64,000 nt of DNA. Source: a virus. The notes under the pieces are model-generated. The model ran no database searches. It saw only the letters and a program-made list of their open reading frames with translations, and was not told where the DNA came from. Below are positions 32,062-40,485 of this stretch, piece by piece. The DNA is taken from IMG/VR virus record IMGVR_UViG_3300045988_109836; one strand, given 5' to 3'. The position numbers and the translations under genes were made by a program. Positions within the stretch are counted from its first letter, which is position 1; each line of letters begins with the position of its first letter.

Positions 32062-34878
32062 TTATCTTTCTGCTGGAATATTACGACTTTTTCCTGCTGT
32101 AATTATATCCAAAAATCCTTTAGATATTGACATTTGAATACCTTTCAATAAAGCATCCCAATCTGAACTACCAGCTTCTTTATATGCACCAGAAACAAGT
32201 TTCGTATCTTCTACTATTTGTTTTGGCATTCCTGCATAGGTATCTAATCTATCTTTTACGCCTGCCAATATTGCGGTATCTTCCTTAATACTATCAAGAA
32301 CTTTTTTTATCTCATTCAACTGATTTGCACCTTCCGACATCTGGCGGTTCATATCACCAGCCAAAATCGTTTCTCCTGCACCTACAGTCCTTTTTGCTGC
32401 ATCCTTATCATAAGCCTCTGTAGGGGTTTCTCTAATTCTTTGACTTGATTTTTTATACAAGTCAAACAAATTGCTTACAAGCTTGGACGGGTCACTGTCC
32501 TTTTGTATCGTAGAATTAATATCATTCCAGGACAAATTAGGAAATATTTCGGACATTGCCAAACGCAACTGTTCGGAACCTCCCCCGGTACGTTCTATCA
32601 GCCTGTTCAAAAAGTTTTCCATAACTTTCGGGTTTGCCGCTCCTGCACGTATCTTTTCCAGTTCTTCCTGGATTTCCGAATAAGAAGTCTTGTCTGGCAT
32701 AACTTCCTGGATAGAACGTACAAGCATTGCATTTGTCACTTCATCCTTTGACATCCCCTGTCCAGTGAATGCTTGCTGTACCCTTTCAAGCTGTCTTCCT
32801 TGCAGTCCGGTTGCCTGGCGTATTCCGCTAAACATCGCTGCAAGCTCCTTTGCATCAAATTCACCGCGCTTTGAAAGAATCTGGTCTGACTGTGTTATGA
32901 AGGTATCTAAACTTTCCTCCATTGTAGAGGCTATCTGTTCAAACGGGATATTCAAGTTTTTCATTGCTTGTTCAAACTCCCTAATAATGGCAGAAGCCCC
33001 TGTACCGGAATCCTGGTCTCCAAACCTCATTGCACCCTGCAAACGATTGACTGCATTAGGAGACAGACCGAACAACCTTTCTGCTGCCATTACAGACTGC
33101 GTTTCCCTTACCGCATACGGGTCATATTCATTGCCTCCTACAAAACGTCCTCCTCCTGCACGTATCAATTCGGCACGTCTTCCCATGTATGAAGCGTAAT
33201 CCATACCAAGTGCAGAAGCTGCATATCCACCTTCTCTTCCGGCTTGTCTGAATGCTTCTCCTGCCGATACACCCATAACTTGTGCATACGGGATAACACG
33301 TCTTTCTCCTTCCGCATATTTCCCGAAAGTTGCCATCATCTTTTCGGCTGCAAGTTGTGCTGGCAACTCTATGCTTTTTGCTATCGTGTCACCAATTAGA
33401 GGAATCCATCTAAAAGCGTCTGCCTGGTTAGCGGCTTGTAATCGTGTATAATTTGCGGCCGTTTCCACGGTTCCTTGATATTGGGAACGCGCTTCAAATT
33501 CCTGCTGCCGGAAATATCTTTCTGACAATACGTTCTTGGCGGTATTGAATGCCGTCAAAGCCCCCAAACCGCCCAATATTCCTTTTAATCCTCCTCCGAA
33601 TATATTCAGTCCTCCACCAGGTGTACCAGTGCTTCCAGTAGGCGGCACAATTCCCCCAGGTGTTCCAACCCCACCGCCTATACCATTATTAGAAATAACC
33701 TTCTGTATTTCTTCCAATATATTTTCCGTGCTGTCTTCTATAACAGATACGGAGTTTGCAATAGTTTCCAGATAACGGGTAACACCGCTTCTTTGGTTTT
33801 CCTCGCCCGTCCCCTTTTCAAGTCCTCTAATAACGGAAATAACATCACGCCCGACATTATCCGTTATCGTTCCCAACCTTGTAATGGCACGTATTATTCC
33901 CTCGTCCGAAAACTTGATTTCCGTCTGTCCGTTATCCGTTATTTCCGGTCTTCTCTGTATTCTGTCGTCTTCTCTTAATAGAGGTCTGTTCGGTTGTTCA
34001 GAAACGACCTCCAGATTCCCTTTTTCTCTTATAGCGGTTGTGTTCTCCGTTATTGTCTGGGTATTCTTTTCAATATTTACAACATGCTCGGTTATATTCT
34101 CCGTATGCCGTGAGTTGTCTGTCCTGTTTTCGCTGTTGTCCTGGAAATTCTTGGAATTGTCAACATTCGTAACAGATTCGTCTATATTCTCGACGTGTCT
34201 GTTTATCTCCCTTAACAGTTCTTTCTGTGTCTCCTTTGTAGTGGTCGGTTCTTCTCTTTCCGTTCCTCTTTCAGTAGGGGTAACACGTTCTCTTTCCGGT
34301 CTCCGTGTCAAATCCCACGTCATGGTACCCGTTTCCTCGTCTATGGTTGGCTCTACATCCGGTATGGGTTCCTGGACTTTTCTTCTTCTCCTTCTTCTCG
34401 GTACTGGTCTTTCTTCCGGTTCTTCGACTGGCAACGGTTCTTCTACATCCGTTTCCCGGTCCGTCCTTTGTTGTTCCCGTCTTGGTTCCGGCTGTACGGT
34501 TTCCTCTTTCCTTCTTGGCGATACGTCCCATGTAATAGACCCTGTTTCGGGGTCTATGGTTGGCTGTTCCGGTCTTGGAAGTTCTTCTGTAGGCGGCTGT
34601 CTCCTTATCGGTCTTTCCGGCATAGGAGACGGTTTTTGCATTGTGGTTGCATCAATGGCGGCAGACTGTCTTTTAAGGTCAAGCAACAGCCTTTCCAGCT
34701 CGTTACGGTCCTCCATCAATGCAAGTTGTTCCCGTAGCTGTGAAATGCTTTTCTCGGCTTCCTGTGCGCTCTGCATAGAAGCCTGGTTTATCTCGCGGTA
34801 CAAAGAAACCGCTTCTTCTCTCAACTGTCTTAGCGGTGTGGTGTCGGCCGCTATCCTAATCCTCTTATCCTCTGCCAT
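32062..34878 (-). CDS. tail tape measure protein
   Basis: 938 aa. Coiled-coil N-terminus, a Pro/Glu/Arg-rich spacer with an internal duplicate, a Gly-rich hydrophobic stretch (GIGGGVGTPGGIVPPTGSTGTPGGGLNIFGGGLKGILGGLGAL) and a long alpha-helical C-terminal part. Located upstream of the baseplate genes. Confidence 0.8.
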   Translation of the reverse strand: MAEDKRIRIAADTTPLRQLREEAVSLYREINQASMQSAQEAEKSISQLREQLALMEDRNELERLLLDLKRQSAAIDATTMQKPSPMPERPIRRQPPTEELPRPEQPTIDPETGSITWDVSPRRKEETVQPEPRREQQRTDRETDVEEPLPVEEPEERPVPRRRRRRKVQEPIPDVEPTIDEETGTMTWDLTRRPERERVTPTERGTEREEPTTTKETQKELLREINRHVENIDESVTNVDNSKNFQDNSENRTDNSRHTENITEHVVNIEKNTQTITENTTAIREKGNLEVVSEQPNRPLLREDDRIQRRPEITDNGQTEIKFSDEGIIRAITRLGTITDNVGRDVISVIRGLEKGTGEENQRSGVTRYLETIANSVSVIEDSTENILEEIQKVISNNGIGGGVGTPGGIVPPTGSTGTPGGGLNIFGGGLKGILGGLGALTAFNTAKNVLSERYFRQQEFEARSQYQGTVETAANYTRLQAANQADAFRWIPLIGDTIAKSIELPAQLAAEKMMATFGKYAEGERRVIPYAQVMGVSAGEAFRQAGREGGYAASALGMDYASYMGRRAELIRAGGGRFVGGNEYDPYAVRETQSVMAAERLFGLSPNAVNRLQGAMRFGDQDSGTGASAIIREFEQAMKNLNIPFEQIASTMEESLDTFITQSDQILSKRGEFDAKELAAMFSGIRQATGLQGRQLERVQQAFTGQGMSKDEVTNAMLVRSIQEVMPDKTSYSEIQEELEKIRAGAANPKVMENFLNRLIERTGGGSEQLRLAMSEIFPNLSWNDINSTIQKDSDPSKLVSNLFDLYKKSSQRIRETPTEAYDKDAAKRTVGAGETILAGDMNRQMSEGANQLNEIKKVLDSIKEDTAILAGVKDRLDTYAGMPKQIVEDTKLVSGAYKEAGSSDWDALLKGIQMSISKGFLDIITAGKSRNIPAER

Positions 34879-35246
34879 TATTCCTTATCCTTTTGGCTTT
34901 CCTCGTATTCGGCCATCCGCGCCATTTCCTCGCGGAAGGCTTCAATCTGACTTTGCGTTATCTCCTTGGTATCGGTTTCCTGGTCTACCATTTCATCATA
35001 GGAATCTTTCAGCCATTCTCCGATATTCGGAACGTATTCAACTTTCTTTTCCTCGTCCTCCAAAGCCTGCTTGAACATCCGGTCTTCCTCGAACTCGAAA
35101 AGTTGTTGAAAAAAAGAACATTTCTTGTGTTCCTCGGACATGAAAGCAATGTTATGTTTCTTTCTATACCATCTGTCAAGCGGGAATTTATTATTCCATC
35201 TGACTACAAACGTTCTGAAATCTTCCTTTTTATTTCGCTCCATCAT
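34878..35246 (-). CDS. hypothetical protein (possible tail assembly chaperone)
   Basis: 122 aa and acidic, immediately upstream of the tape measure gene with a TAATG overlap. Assignment by position only. Confidence 0.45.
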   Translation of the reverse strand: MMERNKKEDFRTFVVRWNNKFPLDRWYRKKHNIAFMSEEHKKCSFFQQLFEFEEDRMFKQALEDEEKKVEYVPNIGEWLKDSYDEMVDQETDTKEITQSQIEAFREEMARMAEYEESQKDKE

Positions 35247-35263
35247 ACAAAATCAATCAAAAA

Positions 35264-35296
35264 TAGGGATATAACCCGTAACAGACTATACCCCTA
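35264..35296 (-). terminator. possible terminator/attenuator hairpin
   Basis: 10-bp stem with one A.C mismatch (tagggatata / tataccccta) and a 13-nt loop. Followed on the minus strand by TTTTTGATTGATTTTG. Confidence 0.3.
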
Positions 35297-35349
35297 TACT
35301 CTTTGAATAACTAAACTTTCAAACTATAGTGATTCTCGCTCGAATACTC

Positions 35350-35688
35350 TTATCGGTTGGGGTTCATCATTTTTTCAACTTCCTTAATAAAAGGCAAAAC
35401 CTCCTTATTGTAAATATCCCTTACCTCCACGTAGTCCTTGATACCAAGCTGTTTGAAAGAAGTTACCTTCATATCTGCCAGCAAGTCCGGCAACATCACT
35501 GTAAGCGTCGCTTCAATGTCTATCATATCCAGGGCATCCGCGGCAGCCTGCGTTCTGTTACCCAGCAAGGTATTGTAATATCCACGACCTAAAAACTGCT
35601 TCTGCGTTTCAATCTCGTAATATTGTCCTACTGTAGGAAAGGACATCTTATATTCATGTCCCTTAATTTTAATTATCTTATCCTCCAT
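35350..35688 (-). CDS. hypothetical protein (possible tail assembly chaperone)
   Basis: The track ORF starts at GTG (35694); the ATG is at 35688 (MEDKIIKIKGHEY..). 112 aa, upstream of the tape measure region. Confidence 0.45.
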   Translation of the reverse strand: MEDKIIKIKGHEYKMSFPTVGQYYEIETQKQFLGRGYYNTLLGNRTQAAADALDMIDIEATLTVMLPDLLADMKVTSFKQLGIKDYVEVRDIYNKEVLPFIKEVEKMMNPNR

Positions 35689-35736
35689 AATCACAAAATA
35701 TTATTCGTTACAAATATACATCATTAATTAGTTAAA

Positions 35737-36021
35737 TCAAAACTTAACTCTAAAATATTGAGATAGCGTAATTAACGCTTGTCTTTCTGCATTTTCTTCT
35801 TCTGTCAAACCCACCTTGTCAAGTTCAATCAATCGGTTTGTTATCTCATGAAACAACTTGTTATCGGTATACTTCAATGCAATTTTCTTGATAGTGGTGA
35901 AACCGTTCAATTCCTCAAACATCTTACATTCTTTCCTGTCTTTAGGGTCCGTTACCTCTATTTCCTCAATAGTTAGAAAACATCTAAATCCTATAGCCGT
36001 TCTTATCAAATCCTTTTTCAT
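35737..36021 (-). CDS. hypothetical protein
   Basis: The track ORF extends to 36048 and overlaps the upstream gene. The ATG at 36021 (MKKDLIRTAIG..) is preceded by AAGGAGGTTAAGGTT. Confidence 0.5.
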   Translation of the reverse strand: MKKDLIRTAIGFRCFLTIEEIEVTDPKDRKECKMFEELNGFTTIKKIALKYTDNKLFHEITNRLIELDKVGLTEEENAERQALITLSQYFRVKF

Positions 36022-36034
36022 AACCTTAACCTCC

Positions 36035-36250
36035 TTATCTAAAAACATGGTCCATAAAAACAGTATTTCTCACCCATTGTCCTCTATGCTTTACAAAAAT
36101 ATATCCCCGTATTATTGCCGTCTCATTCATCGAATTTGCAAAATTATATGCTGCTTCTTGGTTTTTCTCGAAATTCTTATTTATTGAACCGGAATTGTTG
36201 CTGACATTGTATCTTAAACATGCTGGGGCCTTCTTTCTATCAGTAATCAT
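36035..36250 (-). CDS. hypothetical protein (71 aa)
   Basis: ATG start. No motif recognised. Confidence 0.5.
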   Translation of the reverse strand: MITDRKKAPACLRYNVSNNSGSINKNFEKNQEAAYNFANSMNETAIIRGYIFVKHRGQWVRNTVFMDHVFR

Positions 36251-36268
36251 AACTTTGTCCTCCCTTCG

Positions 36269-36592
36269 TTACCAAATCAAATTCCGTGCAATAGCACAAT
36301 TTGCATACTTCTTAACCAATTCCTTTTCCATCTTTTTGAACTTTGCATTATGCGTTGCATTCCCTTCGTTGGCTATACATATCTGGTGTGCTACTTCGTG
36401 ACACAAAGCATAAGCAGAACCGATACATATTCTATTCAAATCAATAGAGATTGATTTCGGTTTGTTATCCACATATGAACAACAAGCACCGCCTTTTCCA
36501 ACTTTACAAAACTTCAAAGCAATTGCCTTAATACCTTCACTAACACAAATGAACTTGTATAACTCTTTGAGAACCTTAATATCGTTTTCCAT
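36269..36592 (-). CDS. SprT-like zinc metallopeptidase-motif protein
   Basis: 107 aa with ..YALCHEVAHQICIANEGNATHNAKF.. (an HExxH motif plus a downstream His). First gene after promoter copy D. Confidence 0.45.
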   Translation of the reverse strand: MENDIKVLKELYKFICVSEGIKAIALKFCKVGKGGACCSYVDNKPKSISIDLNRICIGSAYALCHEVAHQICIANEGNATHNAKFKKMEKELVKKYANCAIARNLIW

Positions 36593-36649
36593 TTTCTTAT
36601 CTTTTATTTGTTTGACTTCTTGTTTCTCGCCTCCCTTAAGAAGACACTA

Positions 36650-36691
36650 CAAAGATAAGATTATGTTATGACATACGCAAGTGCTTATGTG
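36650..36691 (-). promoter_or_regulatory. class-I phage promoter, copy D
   Basis: -7 box TATCTTTG at 36650..36657 and a near-palindrome gacatacgcaagtgcttatgtg at 36670..36691. The leader 36593..36649 is almost identical to copy A. Confidence 0.55.
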
Positions 36692-36716
36692 TAAATTGTT
36701 AGTTATTTAACATCAT

Positions 36717-37646
36717 TTAATAAATCCTCTTCCAATAATAACCTCTCGCTGTAAAAACTGGGAAATTATCACAAGCCCTTTTTATAGCGGTTCCGTTCAC
36801 AAGATTTACGCTTCTTGCTGCATTACTAAAAGAATCATGAGTATTTATAAGATTCATATCTTTATCATATTGTTCTATTCTCATATTGCCTTTTCTTGGA
36901 TATTTTACTTCATACGACCTTTTAGAAGAAGCAATTTCGATATTTTCTCTTTCTTCATTTGTTTCTTTATATTTCCATTTAAACCCTTTACAAGTACGAT
37001 TCGGATTGTTACAAGCTGTTCTAATTCCCGAAGCTCCATAACATAACCCGTAAAATTTACCAGCTTCACATACACTTTCCCATTCTCTTATAAAATTACC
37101 GTTCAAATCATATTGCAAAATAGGTCTTTCTCTTTTTCTTGAAATAACTCTTTTCTTTCTTTCCTCAATAGTTTTCTTTTTACGATTATTATTAATTTTA
37201 CCTAATTTGGTTTTTCTTATTTTCTCTATTGATTCTTTTGAAATAACCTTTCCCTTATGAGCAAGTCCAATCTTTCTTTTTGCTTCTTCTGAATGTCTAT
37301 AAAACCTTTTCTTATAAACTTCTTCTCCTAAAAATCCTCCTCCACAACACAAAGTTCTATTATATCCTACTTCCGGATTTATAGAATCAAACTTTTCTAT
37401 ATAACTTCTTTCAAGATTATTAAATTCTTCTTTAGAATCTCCTTCATAAAATTCTAAAATATCTATTTTAAAGTTATGCTTGCCGTACTTTTTAAATGCT
37501 TGTTCTATAACAATACCACTGCCTTTATATCCATCATTCAGTCTATCAGTAATATGTTGCCCGATATAAATTTTACCGTTTATATTATTAGTTGTTTTAT
37601 AGATAAACTTATATTTACGGTTTGTCATTTTGTTAGCTGTTCTCAT
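36717..37646 (-). CDS. GIY-YIG homing endonuclease (free-standing)
   Basis: N-terminal ..YKFIYKTTNNINGKIYIGQH.. (GIY-x10-YIG) with ..R..E..N.. further downstream. Basic repeats resembling NUMOD/IENR DNA-binding modules in the C-terminal half. Starts 4 nt after the terminase stop; an alternative ATG lies at 37628. Confidence 0.8.
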   Translation of the reverse strand: MRTANKMTNRKYKFIYKTTNNINGKIYIGQHITDRLNDGYKGSGIVIEQAFKKYGKHNFKIDILEFYEGDSKEEFNNLERSYIEKFDSINPEVGYNRTLCCGGGFLGEEVYKKRFYRHSEEAKRKIGLAHKGKVISKESIEKIRKTKLGKINNNRKKKTIEERKKRVISRKRERPILQYDLNGNFIREWESVCEAGKFYGLCYGASGIRTACNNPNRTCKGFKWKYKETNEERENIEIASSKRSYEVKYPRKGNMRIEQYDKDMNLINTHDSFSNAARSVNLVNGTAIKRACDNFPVFTARGYYWKRIY

Positions 37647-37650
37647 AATA

Positions 37651-39765
37651 TTATATCAAATCTACACTTATTTTTACTTCTTTATCATCTTCGCGTAAGC
37701 TATTTATGGAGAGGAACGAACTGAGTGCTATGTCGTCGTGACCGCTTGCTGCCTCCAATTTCCCGTTATCACTTCTAAACGTAATAGAGGAAAACTCACC
37801 GAACATCAAATCGACTGCCTGCCTTGTTTCTCCAATCGCATAGGGGCATTTTATCTGTCCTCTTTCAAACATTGCGGATAAAGAAGGCAATCCGGTATAT
37901 AAATCCTTCTTGTTTCCTTCCGTTGTGGTAAACGGTTCTATATTCTTAAGTCCTCTTTCCTTTGCAAGACCGGACAATATGGACTGGAAACCGTTTGCTT
38001 CACACCGTATCTTATTAGGGTGGAAAAGTCTGTCAAGCTGTACAATCTTATCTACCTGTTCGTTGTGCGACATACCGCGCTTCCGGTAATAATACAACAA
38101 GTAGTAATTATCCATCGCATCTTTGCCCCATACCGAATACACCGTATAGTCCGCTCCGATATTACCGGAAACCGCAAAGTCCACACCTATATGCACCCTT
38201 GTAAGCTTGAAAGGGAAATCGTCTATACTTGACGCAAAACGTATCGTTTCCATTCCTATAACACTGCGCATCAGATATTCATAAGGAAATATCGTTGACG
38301 TGTCACTGATAGGAACCACCAGGTATTCACGGTTGAACACAATCGTTCCGAGTTCTTCCTTTTTCGCCAATATCTGTTCAAACGTGTATCTGTCCGGCGC
38401 TAACGGTCTACCATCCGGGAACAATATCGGATATTCAAAACAATAGAAACGCTTGTCTGCCTTCAATATCTGGTACAATTCATTCGGTGCAGAAGAATAG
38501 GGTGTACCGGTTACAAGGAAATAACCGTATGGTTCCACAATCGGCTCTATCGTACCCTTCAAAAGTTCTTTCAGCTTCTCCCTTTGTTCGTCCGAATATA
38601 GAGAGCTTTCGTCCGGCATATCGTCACACAAACAAGCCCCCACGTGCAGACCTCGAATCATTGAATCCTTACCTCGCACATGCAACGTACTTCCGGTTTC
38701 CGTCTTTATGGCTGTTTCTCCAATTGAAGCCTTGTTATAGGGATTAAGCTTTTCTTTTATCAAATCGTTCGCCTCTATCTCTTCCGTTACCTTTGCTATC
38801 TGTACCTTTGCCAATGTAAAAGTGTTGGTAATATAGCACGTCTCTTTCCTGTTGGCATTGTCTACCGTGTCCTGTCTGTAGGCGGTCGGTCTTGTGTAGG
38901 ACCATAAACGCCACAATATGAAGGCATAAGACCATTGATAACTGTTATGTACAACCGTTCCATCCTCCAATAAAAACTTATGGTCTCCATCGCACGCAAA
39001 ACCGTAATATTCACCCTCTCCAATAGGTTCAATTTTCAACGAAGAATAATCAAATTCCGGTACCTCTTCCCCTATATTCTTGACTTTATATCCAAGAAAC
39101 AATTTTCTTATATCTTTCTGTTGTCTACATACAGCGTCTACCTCTACGTCTATAAAATAACCATTGTAATAACAGCAAAGCAAATGCCCTTCGTTCACCT
39201 CATAAGTCATTCCTTTGGACTGGCTCACTCTATACATAGGTGCAACCCCTTTATGTAATTGCAACACTGTGCGTGGTGTTGAATCAACACCCATCACTTT
39301 ATCACCAACTTCTATATCTTGAATTTTCTTCAAAGACCCATCAAACATTACAACCAATGTATCAGCACTCATACACTTGCCACTCGCCCGGGCGCATAGA
39401 TAACAGCTCCACGGATATAATTGCGTCAAATTGGACCACTCTATGTTACGCCACCCTAACCGGAATTTAGGCAACATGGTTGTTATGAAGTAATTAAGGG
39501 ACAATATTTTAAGCGTATTATCCATAGAGGCTTTCACGTTATCCACATAGGATAGACTTTCAGAATCCAGCGTCCGTCCCAGATACAGCGCCTTTTCCGA
39601 CTGATGCACCATTTCCCTAAGCATGGTGTCAACATCGTTTCCATATCCTTCAAGCAACTGGTTAAGCGCCCCTTCCGGCAGTCTCTCTATGATATTGTCT
39701 ACTGCATTGTATAGATATGTAAGCTGGTTGTTTGTAAGTATTCCTTTTCCGTCACCCGTTAGCAT
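37651..39765 (-). CDS. terL: terminase large subunit interrupted by a mini-intein
   Basis: 704 aa. Once residues 131-274 are removed, the Walker A motif reads ..CARASGK|S... Followed by an ATPase core, then a nuclease-type C-terminal half with conserved acidic residues (..IGVDFAVSG..., ..GHDDIALS..). Confidence 0.8.
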   Translation of the reverse strand: MLTGDGKGILTNNQLTYLYNAVDNIIERLPEGALNQLLEGYGNDVDTMLREMVHQSEKALYLGRTLDSESLSYVDNVKASMDNTLKILSLNYFITTMLPKFRLGWRNIEWSNLTQLYPWSCYLCARASGKCMSADTLVVMFDGSLKKIQDIEVGDKVMGVDSTPRTVLQLHKGVAPMYRVSQSKGMTYEVNEGHLLCCYYNGYFIDVEVDAVCRQQKDIRKLFLGYKVKNIGEEVPEFDYSSLKIEPIGEGEYYGFACDGDHKFLLEDGTVVHNSYQWSYAFILWRLWSYTRPTAYRQDTVDNANRKETCYITNTFTLAKVQIAKVTEEIEANDLIKEKLNPYNKASIGETAIKTETGSTLHVRGKDSMIRGLHVGACLCDDMPDESSLYSDEQREKLKELLKGTIEPIVEPYGYFLVTGTPYSSAPNELYQILKADKRFYCFEYPILFPDGRPLAPDRYTFEQILAKKEELGTIVFNREYLVVPISDTSTIFPYEYLMRSVIGMETIRFASSIDDFPFKLTRVHIGVDFAVSGNIGADYTVYSVWGKDAMDNYYLLYYYRKRGMSHNEQVDKIVQLDRLFHPNKIRCEANGFQSILSGLAKERGLKNIEPFTTTEGNKKDLYTGLPSLSAMFERGQIKCPYAIGETRQAVDLMFGEFSSITFRSDNGKLEAASGHDDIALSSFLSINSLREDDKEVKISVDLI
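38944..39375 (-). mobile_element. mini-intein (144 aa) inserted in the terminase P-loop
   Basis: Starts with Cys (C131, CMSADTLVVMFDGSLKKIQDIEVGDKV = Hint block A). Ends ..LEDGTVVHN (N274), followed by the +1 nucleophile Ser275. Splicing restores GKS. At 144 aa it is too short to hold an endonuclease domain. Confidence 0.8.
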
Positions 39766-40412
39766 AATTGAAAGTCCTCTCTATATCTCCTTTCTTTCTT
39801 CTCCACCGTTTCTACACCTTCACCCCTCAACTTCTTCACATAGGAGATGAACAGCATTGCATTCGCGTCCACATCGTGCTGTGCCCTGTGCGCTTCCACA
39901 AGGTCAATCCCGGCAGCCTGGCAACACGTACCCAGCTTGTAGTCCATCTGTTCCAAGGCTGCCATGTGCGCAAACTGCATCGTGTCTATGTAGTATTTTA
40001 CGTAATTGTCTATATCGTCCTTCATATAGGCAAAGAAATTTCTAAGAAACGGGTTATCGAACCCCACTATATTATGTCCTACAAGGGTACACATCTGGCG
40101 TGGATTCTTGTATTTGGCGAACCATTTCTTGCAAGTGCTGTATATCTCTTTCAATGGCACCGCATTCTCTTCTTGGACTTCTTTTGTTATGCCGTGTACT
40201 GCCGTTGCTTCCTCCGAATATCCTGCAAGTCCTTCCTTGTAGTTATACGGAAATATCATTTCCACACGGTCTATTATTTCCAACTTTTTCATGTCTATGC
40301 ACGACATAGCCATTTCTACCAAAGGGATATCCAAAAAAGCCTGCTTCTCCTTGCTTGGCAATCCCCCGGTTTCAAAGTCATAGACAATCACGAAATTACT
40401 ACTTGTTTTCAC
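39759..40412 (-). CDS. DnaQ-like DEDDh 3'-5' exonuclease
   Basis: Exo I ..VIVYDFETGGL.., Exo II ..GHNIVGFDNPFL.., Exo III ..HRAQHDVDANA... Only a GTG start is available (40412). Its 3' end overlaps the terL start by 7 nt. Confidence 0.75.
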   Translation of the reverse strand: MKTSSNFVIVYDFETGGLPSKEKQAFLDIPLVEMAMSCIDMKKLEIIDRVEMIFPYNYKEGLAGYSEEATAVHGITKEVQEENAVPLKEIYSTCKKWFAKYKNPRQMCTLVGHNIVGFDNPFLRNFFAYMKDDIDNYVKYYIDTMQFAHMAALEQMDYKLGTCCQAAGIDLVEAHRAQHDVDANAMLFISYVKKLRGEGVETVEKKERRYREDFQLC

Positions 40413-40485
40413 GTTACCAAAATTTATTTTAAACTACCCCATTGTTCCGCTATCGCTTCCGCAATGCCCGGAAATGTCTTGCTTC

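Noticed and set aside
33884-35074. 396-aa plus-strand ORF (and the overlapping plus-strand ORFs 34305..34535 and 34468..34737).
   Set aside because: It lies antisense to the tape measure gene. Its Ser/Leu/Cys-rich, low-complexity composition mirrors the Glu/Arg-rich sense frame. It has no promoter-like or start context, so it is a shadow ORF.
34878-35694. Tail-chaperone G/GT-type -1 frameshift between ORFs 35350..35688 and 34878..35246.
   Set aside because: The two ORFs are separated by about 100 nt of non-coding sequence containing a hairpin. There is no overlap in which a frameshift could operate.
38744-38935. Same-strand nested ORFs out of frame inside larger genes: 38744..38935 in terL, 34271..34531 in the tape measure gene, 55712..55906, 58464..58694, 60739..60936, 51012..51194, 19156..19383 and 4776..4958.
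   Set aside because: Each is fully contained in a longer ORF with recognisable motifs or a better context. There is no independent start signal.
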